Virus genome (UHGV): UHGV-0285588
Strand: one strand, 5' to 3'
DNA from: a virus
Length of the DNA stretch: 46,380 nucleotides
Positions 9,103-18,370 of this stretch are shown here, in pieces. Position 1 is the first letter of the stretch. Every line of letters begins with the position of its first letter. A program made the position numbers and the translations under genes. The notes under the pieces were generated by a model that saw only the letters and a program-made list of their open reading frames with translations, was not told where the DNA came from and made no database searches.

Positions 9103-9447
9103 TTACCCCGTTACCAGCGCAAAATCAGGTAGGTCATTGCGGTCTAGCGTATTGCCGTAATTCACGATGCTTCTAATCTGGTCAGCTCCGGCGGCCAGCG
9201 GGTCAGCACTGGTAATGGTGCCAAGCATGATGAAGTCGCCAACAGACGCATCCTGGTATTCCGTCCAGAATGTGTTTTTCTGTGCAATCTCATTGCCAGC
9301 TGTGCCGGTGGTCAGATTCTTATCGAAGCCATAATCACACATGATGGGCTCTGGCGCGGCGAATGTTGGCTTGCCATACTTATCCTTGCCAGTAAGCCGC
9401 CAGATTGTGCATGGCTGCGTATAGCTCCATCTCGCTATCGCTGACAT
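9103..9447 (-). CDS. head-tail adaptor / head closure protein
   Basis: 114 aa, lying between the connector-like and gp10-like genes. Confidence 0.35.
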   Translation of the reverse strand: MSAIARWSYTQPCTIWRLTGKDKYGKPTFAAPEPIMCDYGFDKNLTTGTAGNEIAQKNTFWTEYQDASVGDFIMLGTITSADPLAAGADQIRSIVNYGNTLDRNDLPDFALVTG

Positions 9448-9569
9448 GGTGCGGCCTCAAGAGTATAAATCCAGCGCGGAACAGGAAGGCGCAGCAATAC
9501 CAGAATAACCAGCAGCGGCATGCACCATTTACGGATTGCGATATTTACAGTTAATGTTGACGTTTTCAT
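9445..9569 (-). CDS. small hydrophobic peptide (about 41 aa)
   Basis: MKTSTLTVNIAIRKWCMPLLVILVLLRLPVP... overlapping the start of the next gene. Not in the track; could be spurious. Confidence 0.2.
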
Positions 9570-9958
9570 CTGCACTTACTCCCGGTGACAACACGAAACC
9601 ACGGCTTTGCTGCCCCATCAGGCTCTTCCACAAGGTCGCCTGTGCAGTCTGCCGTATCGAGTAGCTTCATCTGATTGTAAAGGGCCATCCACGGCTTACT
9701 GCCATAGCCAAATGACTGCGACGCACCAGATGGCGCCCGGTGGCTGGTTATGTATCTTCCGGCTGTATTTGAGGCGATAAGGATTGAGGCCCATAGCAGA
9801 ATTGCATCCTGCCTACATGTGTCTTCAGGGTAATTAAGCTCAAGACACTCTGTGATGCTCGCCACCAGACACAGGATTCCCGTTGCGTCTGCTGTGGTGA
9901 TAGTCACGCCTCTTGACGCCATGGCGGCGACAAGTTCACTTGCTGTCGGTGCTGCCAT
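9566..9958 (-). CDS. head-tail connector protein (gp6-like); start probably the internal Met (MAAPTASELV...)
   Basis: The track ORF 9566..10027 has an implausible N-terminus that overlaps the upstream gene. The remainder weakly resembles HK97 gp6-like connectors. Confidence 0.35.
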   Translation of the reverse strand: MAAPTASELVAAMASRGVTITTADATGILCLVASITECLELNYPEDTCRQDAILLWASILIASNTAGRYITSHRAPSGASQSFGYGSKPWMALYNQMKLLDTADCTGDLVEEPDGAAKPWFRVVTGSKCR

Positions 9959-10223
9959 TCTTTTTGCTCTCCCGAATCTTCCACCACATCTCAAAAAGGT
10001 TTTTTGCCACCAGTGACAGCGCGCCAAGTATAGAGGCTACCGCTGCCCACTCGGTAATCGAATGGGGGATCATTGAGGCAATGTATGATTGTGCGACCGG
10101 CGTCTGCTCTGCCACCTTCAGGCCAAGACCCGTGCCGATGGAGGTATAACCGGCTTTGTCGATTACCTGGCCGACAGTGCCACTAATTATCTGGTTTGCG
10201 GCGTGCTGAAGCGCGTCTCTCAT
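9936..10223 (-). CDS. small membrane protein (95 aa)
   Basis: One hydrophobic helix (WAAVASILGALSLVA). First gene of the minus operon downstream of a divergent promoter region. Confidence 0.35.
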   Translation of the reverse strand: MRDALQHAANQIISGTVGQVIDKAGYTSIGTGLGLKVAEQTPVAQSYIASMIPHSITEWAAVASILGALSLVAKNLFEMWWKIRESKKNGSTDSK

Positions 10224-10384
10224 TAATTATTCTCCGAATGATGAACTTCCAGCATCTGTACACCTGAACCAGCGAAAGCGCCATGACGATAACGCCGATT
10301 GCTATATCCAATTTCGCCGCCTTACGTTTTTCAGCACGGAACAGCGCGGGTTGAGTGTTGTTGGTTTAATTTTATCATAAAGTG

Positions 10385-10427
10385 TTGACGTAGATTGAGG
10401 GTGTCGCTATAGTGATGACGTAGAAAC
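10385..10427 (+). promoter_or_regulatory. motif pair plus sigma70 promoter. TTGACGTAGATTGA at 10385-10398, TATAGT at 10408-10413, second copy TGACGTAGAAAC at 10416-10427.
   Basis: TTGACG-17 nt-TATAGT is a near-consensus sigma70 promoter. The second motif copy straddles the predicted start. Confidence 0.55.
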
Positions 10428-10435
10428 AACAATAA

Positions 10436-10747
10436 ATGTTAGAGGTGATGAGGATGAATGAATTCAAAGGTACGCCGGGGCCGTGGTTTGGAGATAACAG
10501 CAGGGCAATAGGGCCAAAATCAACAGATGACGACCAGTCTTATGGAGTGATTATTCCTGTCGGCTGGGTTGAGTTTGACCCTGAAGTTGAGGTTCAAGTT
10601 GCCAACCAACGAATGATGGCCGCTGCGCCGGAATTGCTGGAGGCTCTGGAGATGCTTGTAGTCTTCACTACGCCAACAAAAAGGAATGCCACTGCCTTGA
10701 GCAAGGCCTATGCCGCAATCGCAAAAGCACTCGGAGAACCCCAATGA
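10436..10747 (+). CDS. Ead/Ea22-like early protein
   Basis: ANQRMMAAAPELLEALEML matches the conserved AAPELLEAL core of Ead/Ea22-like phage proteins. Confidence 0.4.
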   Translation: MLEVMRMNEFKGTPGPWFGDNSRAIGPKSTDDDQSYGVIIPVGWVEFDPEVEVQVANQRMMAAAPELLEALEMLVVFTTPTKRNATALSKAYAAIAKALGEPQ

Positions 10748-10860
10748 TCCGCCACGAAATACGAAAAGAAGACCTGAAGGCGTGGGATAAGTTCAAAATC
10801 AAGCTGGCGTTAATCGTTATCGGATTCGCCATTGCCAGTGCAATCTGTTTATCAAAGTGA
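10744..10860 (+). CDS. small membrane peptide (about 38 aa)
   Basis: MIRHEIRKEDLKAWDKFKIKLALIVIGFAIASAICLSK. Overlaps the neighbouring ORFs. Not in the track. Confidence 0.25.
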   Translation: MIRHEIRKEDLKAWDKFKIKLALIVIGFAIASAICLSK

Positions 10861-11683
10861 GGGAAAGATGACATCTCTCGGAAAAATTTACTCAGACAAA
10901 GAAACTCGCGGCGGAATCGTGGTCAACAAAGGTTATCAGGTCCCTGTCGACCAGCTTTACCTTGAGCCGGGGTACAACATCCGCGAAGCCGATGAGCAGC
11001 ACGTTGAATACTTCGCGCAGTGTTGGGAATCAGGACAGCCAATCCCGGCATTAACTGTTATTCCTGATGCCGACGGAAAGCGCATCAAGATTCTTGACGG
11101 CCAGCATCGTTACCTTGGAGCACTGCGTGCCATTGAGCGCGGCGTGCCAATTGCGCGAATTGAGTGCAAAGACTTCACCGGCGATGAGGCGGATAAAATC
11201 GCCTTCATGGTGTCTTCAAGTCAGGGCAAGCAACTCGACCCGCTTGAGCGTGCAAAGGCTTATGTGCGCCTCAAAGGGTTCGGGTGGACGAATGAAGAAA
11301 TCGCCAAGAAGGTCGGGCGCTCTGTGTCTGATGTGCAAATGCACCTGTCACTTGGTGATGTACCTGATGCCATCAAGCAGCGTATCAATGCAGGCCAAAT
11401 CAGCTATGCCAACGCCGTTGCGGTCGCACGTGAGCATGGCGATGATGCCGTTAACGTTATTGATGCCGCCGTTGAGGAAGCGAAAGCGCAGGGCAAAGAT
11501 AAGGTGACGGCTAAAACGCTCAAGGCCAAAAAAGTTAAGCCGATTGACCGCCTGATTCAGTTGCTGAAAGAAGCAGACCATATGGTTGTCGCTGAGGGTC
11601 ATGTGGCGCAGGAGACAGAAGAATTTTTGCGCCTTCCTTCTGCGGAGTTGAGTGAAGTTCTGGCGATTCTGGAGAAGCTGTGA
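10832..11683 (+). CDS. ParB-like nuclease domain protein
   Basis: KILDGQHRYLGALRAI matches the ParB/Srx N-terminal signature. 283 aa. Confidence 0.6.
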   Translation: MPVQSVYQSEGKMTSLGKIYSDKETRGGIVVNKGYQVPVDQLYLEPGYNIREADEQHVEYFAQCWESGQPIPALTVIPDADGKRIKILDGQHRYLGALRAIERGVPIARIECKDFTGDEADKIAFMVSSSQGKQLDPLERAKAYVRLKGFGWTNEEIAKKVGRSVSDVQMHLSLGDVPDAIKQRINAGQISYANAVAVAREHGDDAVNVIDAAVEEAKAQGKDKVTAKTLKAKKVKPIDRLIQLLKEADHMVVAEGHVAQETEEFLRLPSAELSEVLAILEKL

Positions 11684-12678
11684 TGACAGCCAGCTACTAC
11701 AACGAATGGGACGCAAGTGCAGCGGCGTGGCTGCGAGAGTTAATTAACAATAAACTAATTCCTTACGGATATGTCGATGAACGATCAATCACCGAAGTCA
11801 CCCCTTCAGACCTGGAAGGATTTACACAGTGTCACTTCTTTGCCGGAATCGGAGGGTGGCCCCTTGCACTCCAGTTGGCTGGAATACCAGCAAGCACTCA
11901 GCTCTGGACAGGATCACCACCTTGCCAGCCGTTTAGCGTTGCCGGTAAGTCTCTCGGATTTGACGACGAGCGGCACCTTGCCCCAGCATTTCTCAGGCTC
12001 ATCAGAGAGTGCAAGCCTCAATTGCTGTTTGGAGAGCAGGTTGCGGCAGCAATTGGAAAGCACTGGCTCGATTTTGTATTCCTTAACCTGGAAGACAAAG
12101 GCTACGCCTGCGGGTCGGCAGTATTGCCAGCGTGCAGCGTCGGTGCACCACACAAACGCGACAGACTTTTCTTCGGCGCGATGCAACTGGGCGACACCAA
12201 TAGTGAACGACACAACTGGCAGCACGCATTGCTACAGCGGGAAGGACAGGAAGATATGTCTGAAGTTACCCGGACAGGCGAAGCTGGCAGCGTGGCCGAC
12301 GTCAACGACACGCGACCACAAGGATGGGAAGGAATGCTTGAACGTGCCTACAAGCAGCCTGCTGGGGCGGGAAGTGTGGAAGGTTGGACCAATCCGCATC
12401 ACGGCTTCTGGTCAGATGCTGACTGGATCGGATGCCGGGATGGAAAGTTCAGGCCAGTTGAGGCCTGGACACAGCAGATGGTTGATGGGGTTCCCGGCGG
12501 AATGGGACATAGCGGCGATCCGTGCGTTGCAGCAGCCTTTGAAGAAATCGGATTCCCGCTTGGAAGAGACATCCCGGCGCGCGTTGCCCGCCTCAGAGGA
12601 TACGGCAATGCAATCGTACCCCAGTGCGCTGCCGAATTCATCGCCGCTTTCAGAGGGGCTATTGAAGACTTGTTCTGA
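11680..12678 (+). CDS. DNA (cytosine-5) methyltransferase
   Basis: Motif I FFAGIGG, motif IV SPPCQPFS, ENV-like FGEQV, motif VIII RDRLFF and a C-terminal GYGNAIVP motif. 332 aa. Confidence 0.8.
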   Translation: MMTASYYNEWDASAAAWLRELINNKLIPYGYVDERSITEVTPSDLEGFTQCHFFAGIGGWPLALQLAGIPASTQLWTGSPPCQPFSVAGKSLGFDDERHLAPAFLRLIRECKPQLLFGEQVAAAIGKHWLDFVFLNLEDKGYACGSAVLPACSVGAPHKRDRLFFGAMQLGDTNSERHNWQHALLQREGQEDMSEVTRTGEAGSVADVNDTRPQGWEGMLERAYKQPAGAGSVEGWTNPHHGFWSDADWIGCRDGKFRPVEAWTQQMVDGVPGGMGHSGDPCVAAAFEEIGFPLGRDIPARVARLRGYGNAIVPQCAAEFIAAFRGAIEDLF

Positions 12679-13120
12679 GTGCGCCGAAGAAAAACCTATT
12701 TCCGAGTTTACGTTTGATAAGCGCAGGGGAAGTTACACCTCAAAATGTACTAAGTGCAGAACGAAGAAAACAAAGGAATGGCGAGATAAAAATCCGAATT
12801 ACGAAAAGGAGAGGTACGGCGTTAATGAAGATAGAGATAGGTGGAGACACATAAAAAGAAAGTACGGGATTAGCAAAGAAGAATATGTCGAGATGCTGGA
12901 TTCTCAAGGAGGCAGATGCGCCATATGCGGAGATGAACCTGGTGAAAGATATTCTCATCAACTGCACGTTGACCACTGTCACGCTTCAGGTAAGGTCAGG
13001 GGGTTACTGTGTCGGGGATGCAACCATATGCTTGGAGTAATCAAGGACGATGAAGTGTTGCTTTTTAAAGCAGTGGAATATCTACGCAAGTCGCAGCGGA
13101 ATTCATTAAAGCATTCATGA
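12608..13120 (+). CDS. recombination endonuclease VII-like (zinc-binding HNH type)
   Basis: CSECAEEKPISEF...HVDHCHASGKVRGLLCRGCN. The only in-frame ATG with an AGAGGA ribosome-binding site lies inside the methyltransferase 3' end. The first 280 codons of track ORF 11771..13120 are an out-of-frame overlap and are rejected. Confidence 0.55.
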   Translation: MQSYPSALPNSSPLSEGLLKTCSECAEEKPISEFTFDKRRGSYTSKCTKCRTKKTKEWRDKNPNYEKERYGVNEDRDRWRHIKRKYGISKEEYVEMLDSQGGRCAICGDEPGERYSHQLHVDHCHASGKVRGLLCRGCNHMLGVIKDDEVLLFKAVEYLRKSQRNSLKHS

Positions 13121-13130
13121 GGTCAGTTTA

Positions 13131-13305
13131 ATGAACCCCGAGCAATTCATAGAGAAAAACCTGCGCGAAAAACTGCCAGGCATCGACAACGCGGCTATAG
13201 AGGCCGCAATTACCCACTACAGGAGCAACCAGAGTGAAAAGAATGGCAAGATTTTCGATGAATGCCTGAAGGTTGCAAAACAACACATGATAAAGGTGAA
13301 GTGAC
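13131..13305 (+). CDS. hypothetical protein (58 aa)
   Basis: Its stop overlaps the GTG start of the next ORF. Confidence 0.3.
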
Positions 13306-13840
13306 GAAACTAAAAATCAACAAACTATTACTTGAATCAGCATTAATATTTCAGGCGCGCAACGATGTGCGCTACTACCTGAACGGAATCTGCTTCATGC
13401 CTGATGGTCGCATTGCGTCAACTGACGGTCATCGCGCCATGATTGCCAGTAAGCACGAAAACAAGATAAAAAGTAACGTCATCGTATCGGTAAGCAAGTC
13501 GCCAACTAAGCGTTATGCGCATGCGCTACTGGACACCAAAACAGGTATTGTTACTTACCATGACGAGCATGAAATCATGGTAGGCGCAGGTATCTGCTCT
13601 GAGATTAATGGCCGATTCCCTGATATTGATCGCGTCATTCCTAAGCAGACCGCACCAGCGGAACAGATTGGCTTTAATGCCAAATACCTGGAAGATGTTG
13701 AGAAGCTGGCGAAGTTGTTTAACCCGAAATTTGAAGCGGTGCTATTTGAGTTGAATGGCAACACCAGCGCCGCCGTCGCAAACATCAGTGCGCCTACTGG
13801 CGAGACTGCAAAAGTTATCGTTATGCCAATGAGGATTTAG
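13301..13840 (+). CDS. truncated DNA polymerase III beta sliding-clamp homologue (two-domain DnaN-like)
   Basis: DVRYYLNG, ASTDGHRAMIA, GRFPDIDRVIPK and the C-terminal VIVMPMRI align with conserved DnaN blocks (DVRYYLNG, ATDGHRLAV, GRFPDYRRVLPK, VVMPMRL). Only about 180 aa, so one clamp domain is missing. Confidence 0.55.
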   Translation: MTKLKINKLLLESALIFQARNDVRYYLNGICFMPDGRIASTDGHRAMIASKHENKIKSNVIVSVSKSPTKRYAHALLDTKTGIVTYHDEHEIMVGAGICSEINGRFPDIDRVIPKQTAPAEQIGFNAKYLEDVEKLAKLFNPKFEAVLFELNGNTSAAVANISAPTGETAKVIVMPMRI

Positions 13841-14094
13841 TGATGAAAAAGAATGGTGTTTTTACTCAGAAAGATGGCTCAAAAGTTGCCCGTCTTGGCG
13901 ATGGTTACGTTGGCATTAAATTTGGCTATTGCAATGGAGAAAAGTTAATAGCTTTTGCGAATACCATAAATCGCGGCATTCCTGGCGATAAAACTAATGA
14001 TACTGATGAGTCTGAAATTTACATCGCATTTAAAGATAATGCCGCAATCCAGCGGCTGATTGATAATCTCATTCAACTTCGCGACCATAAGTAA
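13840..14094 (+). CDS. hypothetical protein (84 aa)
   Basis: Track ORF coupled to the clamp-like gene. Followed by a terminator. Confidence 0.35.
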   Translation: MMKKNGVFTQKDGSKVARLGDGYVGIKFGYCNGEKLIAFANTINRGIPGDKTNDTDESEIYIAFKDNAAIQRLIDNLIQLRDHK

Positions 14095-14122
14095 ACAAAG
14101 CCCCTGTCGGGGCTTTTCTTTT
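14095..14122. terminator. bidirectional terminator (aagcccctgtcggggctttt)
   Basis: GC hairpin with a T-run, between convergent genes. Confidence 0.65.
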
Positions 14123-14123
14123 G

Positions 14124-14954
14124 TCACGGAAGATAAGCGTCATCCTCAAACCACGAAACGTAAGCATTGATAGTTTGCGCCGCAGTATCCAGGGATGTAA
14201 TGCGTAACAGGTAGGTAGTATTAGGCGCCATGATAACCTGTTCACCGAGTTTTGCCTGTGAATTGCCCTGCCCCTGATTAGATGCGTTCCCTTCACTATA
14301 GGTCGCGGCCACCGTCAGCTGCCCAATGCTTGTAACCGTAGAGCCAGTCAGAAGCTGTGCCGTTGCAGCATGGGGAGCAACATCATTTGGGTTGTTAATC
14401 TCCGCAGCGGTGCCGCCAGTGGCTACAGCCCCACGGTAAATGGATGCTATGACACCCTTACCGGTGTAGCCAATGATGCGCTGATTGAACACGACCTGCT
14501 TTGAGCCGGTAATAAAAATGCTGTCAAGGTTGGCCCCGCCAGCAACATCGGTCACGCGACGCGATGCGGTGAATAGCTTTCCCTGCTTATTGGCAAGCTC
14601 CGAGTAGGACTGCGCGACAACCTGACTTGATGGCACTGAGGTATCAGCTCGCCACACCAGGACTTTCAGGGATGCAACGCCAGCAGGAAGCTGCGACTTG
14701 ATTACTTTCAGTCGCAATGCCACGCCATAATAATTATTATTGTTAACGTCAATCCAGAAATCACCAGACGCGAACGGAGACACCATTACGGAAACAGAGC
14801 CGCTTGTTAATGGTGCATGACCGCCGGAAGAATTTAATGGCACAATCTGCACCTGCAATGCAGTCCAGTCTGCTGACATGGTTTCGCTAAGCAAAACTTC
14901 TCCGTCAGCCGGAGTTGTGTTTATTTCGTACCTGACAGCCATGATAACCCCCAA
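14124..14954 (-). CDS. virion structural protein (possible head decoration or fibre)
   Basis: 276 aa, Ser/Thr/Gly/Val-rich and beta-rich in composition. Last gene of the head block. Confidence 0.35.
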   Translation of the reverse strand: MGVIMAVRYEINTTPADGEVLLSETMSADWTALQVQIVPLNSSGGHAPLTSGSVSVMVSPFASGDFWIDVNNNNYYGVALRLKVIKSQLPAGVASLKVLVWRADTSVPSSQVVAQSYSELANKQGKLFTASRRVTDVAGGANLDSIFITGSKQVVFNQRIIGYTGKGVIASIYRGAVATGGTAAEINNPNDVAPHAATAQLLTGSTVTSIGQLTVAATYSEGNASNQGQGNSQAKLGEQVIMAPNTTYLLRITSLDTAAQTINAYVSWFEDDAYLP

Positions 14955-14960
14955 TAAAAA

Positions 14961-14985
14961 ACCCGCTTGTTTGCGGGTTTATTTT
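14961..14985 (-). terminator. intrinsic terminator (minus strand)
   Basis: aaacccgcaaacaagcgggtttttt on the minus strand. Confidence 0.5.
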
Positions 14986-15178
14986 ACTTGGTTTTCTTCG
15001 TCTTTGGCTGCGATTCTTGCGGAGTTGCAACTTCCAGAATTTTCTCACTAACCGGGCGAAGTTTTGACTCAATGTGCGGAGTCGATTCGTCAATCACGTC
15101 GCCAATGGCAAGCTCGCGCAGACGGCCATCTTTATCCTTGACGAAGATTCCGCTGGCGATTACTTCATATTTAGCCAT
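14984..15178 (-). CDS. small head-associated protein (64 aa)
   Basis: Track ORF between two terminators, directly downstream of the major capsid gene. Confidence 0.35.
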   Translation of the reverse strand: MAKYEVIASGIFVKDKDGRLRELAIGDVIDESTPHIESKLRPVSEKILEVATPQESQPKTKKTK

Positions 15179-15194
15179 GATAACCTCTTATAGT

Positions 15195-15222
15195 TAAAAG
15201 GGGCTTTCGCCCCTTTGTTTTT
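15195..15222 (-). terminator. hairpin terminator after the major capsid gene
   Basis: ggggctttcgcccc flanked by T-runs on both strands. Confidence 0.55.
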
Positions 15223-16309
15223 ACAGCGCGGTTTGCGTGCCGTATGCGTTAAACACCTTGCTTCGGCCAGAGAAATCCCGGCGAATTTGCAAACCCATAG
15301 CAGCCCACGTTAAAAAGTTAAAGTTAGCGTGAGGCGTGGTACGCGGCTCTGCATAGGTAGATACCGGCTGAGCGACGCGAGGGCGGATATACAGCGCATT
15401 CTTCACATAGCCGACAAAATGGTTCCCGGTCAGCTTGAAGTTGGTGCCGATAGACGCGATGCGGCCAACGTTGCCGGTTTTGCCGAATGCGAGGATATAA
15501 TCCTCAATGGTGCCGCCTTTGAAGCCTGCCGCGTTGGAATACGGGCGGCTGAATGAGCGACGCACAGACGGAGAAACCCACAGAGTAACCGGCTCGAACA
15601 CGTTTTGCGCATCGAGAACCGCCTGGAAATCCTGGTTGAAGAACTTAACGATTTCATCAGGGGTTGCCGTTTGCAGGTCGATGCTCAGCGCGCCAGTGCC
15701 AGAGGGGCCTAGGTTGAGCTGCACGGTGTTCGGGTGGTTGGTGATGCCGTAGGCAGTATAAACGCCGTTCACGTTCAGGCTTGCATCGCCGACCAGCAGA
15801 TAATCCGCCATGTCTGCGCGCAGGTTGAAGGTGGTGCTTTCCTGGTCATCAATCAGAGGGTCGAAACCTTCGGACTGCATACCCATCAGCTCGCGCCACT
15901 CTCGGCCATAACCGGTTTTGAAGATCGGAATTACATCGCCACTGTAGGAATAGCGGGTTTTATCCAGGTCTTCAGGCTCCTGACCGGAGATGGTGCGCAC
16001 AACCTTGCCAGCATCGGAGGCCATGCGGCTGATCGCTACGGTCTTACCGATATTGATGTTGGTCGCTAGCGTCATCAGGTCGGCCATCATGTCCATGCCG
16101 GACTCGTTGCGGAATACACGGGTGGTCACGTCGTCCACTTCGCGCCAGTAGTCTTTCGTTACCAGTGCGGTGGCGTTTACGCCGTACTCTTTCGCCAGAG
16201 CGTTTTCACCATTGATGAAAACCTTGCGGTCAACAGTCAGGTGGCGCCATTGCTCTTTAACCACCTGCGAGTTGGTGATTAAGCCTTTCGTAAAGATAAT
16301 CTTTTCCAT
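15221..16309 (-). CDS. major capsid protein (DUF2184-like)
   Basis: 362 aa. Follows a DUF2213-like and a DUF2190-like gene. A strong terminator lies immediately downstream. Confidence 0.6.
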   Translation of the reverse strand: MEKIIFTKGLITNSQVVKEQWRHLTVDRKVFINGENALAKEYGVNATALVTKDYWREVDDVTTRVFRNESGMDMMADLMTLATNINIGKTVAISRMASDAGKVVRTISGQEPEDLDKTRYSYSGDVIPIFKTGYGREWRELMGMQSEGFDPLIDDQESTTFNLRADMADYLLVGDASLNVNGVYTAYGITNHPNTVQLNLGPSGTGALSIDLQTATPDEIVKFFNQDFQAVLDAQNVFEPVTLWVSPSVRRSFSRPYSNAAGFKGGTIEDYILAFGKTGNVGRIASIGTNFKLTGNHFVGYVKNALYIRPRVAQPVSTYAEPRTTPHANFNFLTWAAMGLQIRRDFSGRSKVFNAYGTQTAL

Positions 16310-16320
16310 TGTTCGGCTCC

Positions 16321-16788
16321 TTACGCCGCAGGCATTGCAGCATTGTCAGCGCGACGAACTGCAACGAGTTCATCGCCATCAGATGCTACGGTGTAGGCTT
16401 CATACGCATAAAACAGGATATTTTCACCTGCTTCTGCAACCTTTAACGCGCCGGAGCCATCACTTGCCAGCGGAGTGCCTTTCTTCAGTTCGGAAGATTT
16501 AGCAACCAGTGCGTGATAGGTGACGCCAAATTCACACTGCACAGCCATGCCAGTAGCGCCAGCGGGAACATCTTCAGATACATCACCACCACCGAGGTAG
16601 TTATGCTGGAGCACATAAGGGAAACCCTGACCACCAGCGGTAGCGTGTGCGATGATTTTGTCATCGGCAGTATGGAAGTCAACCAGTGCGCCCGGCTTCA
16701 ACGCTGCCTTCATGATGCCTTCACGAATCTGCGGGTCATTTTTGCGGGCCGGGCCGCCGATGATGGTGCCATAACGGATAGTAGCCAT
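16321..16788 (-). CDS. head protein, DUF2190-like
   Basis: 155 aa, Gly/Ala-rich. Position fits the conserved DUF2213-DUF2190-DUF2184 trio. Confidence 0.45.
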   Translation of the reverse strand: MATIRYGTIIGGPARKNDPQIREGIMKAALKPGALVDFHTADDKIIAHATAGGQGFPYVLQHNYLGGGDVSEDVPAGATGMAVQCEFGVTYHALVAKSSELKKGTPLASDGSGALKVAEAGENILFYAYEAYTVASDGDELVAVRRADNAAMPAA

Positions 16789-18188
16789 TATTCAGGTGCC
16801 TCCATATCAAAATCTTCTTCGGCGCGGTTCGGCTGGAACCCGCCGGAAATCGGAGCCGCTTTACTGGTGAGTGCATAGGTTTCACGCAGTGCTTCGCCAG
16901 TCAGCGCATTAACAGCAGATTCCGGCAACTTCAGCTCAGCCATAATGGCGGTGCGCATTGCGGTCTCTTCTTGCGCAGCATTGGCTTGCAGCTGGTCGCG
17001 TAGGGTTTTGTTTTGCGCCTCCACATCGGCCAGTTTCTGGTTGACTGCGGTCAACGATTCCTGAACCGGTTTGAGGGCATCGGCTAATACAGCCTGTAAT
17101 TCCTCGTTAGTCATTGAGATTTCCCCTTGAGTTGTTTTTACCGGTTCAAGCTCTGTCTTATAAACAGCCTTAACCCGTTCACCGACTAATTCTACCATAT
17201 CCTCACGGACGATGTAGGACTGCATATAAATGGTGCCGTCAATCTCAACGCCGAAGTAATTATCATAAACGGCGACGATATAAGGCCACGAGTCGGCTGG
17301 CATCTCGGCCTTGATGATATTGCGGAGCTGCTCGGTAATATCGGTGAATGACAGTTGATTGCCAGTCAGGCGATTGATGGCGCGCTGCCACCATTTGATT
17401 TTGTTTGCACTTTCGTCTGGAATAGCCGATTCCTCAAGGTTAACCACGACGCGCTCAATGTCTTCGCCATTGGTGGCAAAAATGCCAACACCATCTTCTG
17501 GTGTTCCAGCCCCTGGGACCCCTGGAGGAAGAATGGCGAGGTGGTCCCACTCCATATTTCGGGCAATCCAGGAATATTTTTTACCCTTAGAGGTTCCTGA
17601 TGCCTGCTCGCGGTTGAGTAACAGACCGGTAGACACCTGAACAGGTTCAGCATCGGCGCTGTTAATTTTGAGGCCATCAATACGCGATAGTAACTCCCTG
17701 CCTTTATCAGATCGCTCAGCTACCACCTTGTTAATATAAAGGTCTACCAGCGCCTTGCTGCCGTCATGAGATGAGTTCTCAATCCATGCACCAACACTGA
17801 ACTGATTGGCCGCTCGCGTCATGTTGGCCGACACATATTTACCGTCAATCTTCGGGTGGTCATACGGCGCTGGTTTCCCGTCAAGCCCATGGAATGATTT
17901 TTTAATCTCATCGCCAGGGTACAGACCGCCATTCATGACAATATCATCTACCACCGGCACGACATTCTTGATGACGTAGTGCTGGTCGCCATCAATGATT
18001 TTTTCACTGATGTTGCTGGCCGAATTGATGGTATACAGGATGTTAACCTGTAATTTATTATTCATGTGCTTGAATGCCTCAACCTCAGCAAGGCGCTTTT
18101 TCGCCGCCTCTTCGGTGTCGTACTCGCCAAGCTGGTGCGAGCCATCCTTAGATTTAACGACCCACTTGTCGCCAATTTTGACAATCAT
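16788..18188 (-). CDS. prohead scaffolding / protease-like protein (DUF2213-like N-terminus, coiled-coil C-terminus)
   Basis: 466 aa. The C-terminal 100 aa are Ala/Glu/Gln-rich coiled coil. Confidence 0.45.
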   Translation of the reverse strand: MIVKIGDKWVVKSKDGSHQLGEYDTEEAAKKRLAEVEAFKHMNNKLQVNILYTINSASNISEKIIDGDQHYVIKNVVPVVDDIVMNGGLYPGDEIKKSFHGLDGKPAPYDHPKIDGKYVSANMTRAANQFSVGAWIENSSHDGSKALVDLYINKVVAERSDKGRELLSRIDGLKINSADAEPVQVSTGLLLNREQASGTSKGKKYSWIARNMEWDHLAILPPGVPGAGTPEDGVGIFATNGEDIERVVVNLEESAIPDESANKIKWWQRAINRLTGNQLSFTDITEQLRNIIKAEMPADSWPYIVAVYDNYFGVEIDGTIYMQSYIVREDMVELVGERVKAVYKTELEPVKTTQGEISMTNEELQAVLADALKPVQESLTAVNQKLADVEAQNKTLRDQLQANAAQEETAMRTAIMAELKLPESAVNALTGEALRETYALTSKAAPISGGFQPNRAEEDFDMEAPE

Positions 18189-18212
18189 GACCTTTCTCCG
18201 CGCTTACTTTAT

Positions 18213-18242
18213 GCCCGGATTATAACACACCATGAATATGCA
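18213..18242 (-). promoter_or_regulatory. extended -10 sigma70 promoter for the head operon (TGtTATAAT)
   Basis: The minus strand reads catGGTGTGTTATAATccgggc, about 25-50 nt upstream of the ATG at 18188. The GGTGT prefix also occurs at other minus-strand motif sites. Confidence 0.45.
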
Positions 18243-18370
18243 CCACGAAACGGACGCGAGAAGGTAAAGCGGAGATGCGGTAAAAGCGAAAAGAGTAGCA
18301 AAGAATGATATCAGTATGATTGGCATGGCTGCTACCTCCTGAATGCAAGGTAGCAGCCAATGATGAAGAT

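Noticed and set aside
11067-11716. ORFs 11067..11507 (+) and 11348..11716 (-) inside the ParB-like gene
   Set aside because: Alternative-frame or antisense overlaps of a gene with a recognisable domain, and no ribosome-binding sites.
11771-12607. N-terminal 280 codons of the 449-aa frame-2 ORF
   Set aside because: It fully overlaps the methyltransferase, whose motifs are all present, in another frame. The translated sequence is low-complexity and Ser/Leu-rich. Only the C-terminal endonuclease VII part is credible.
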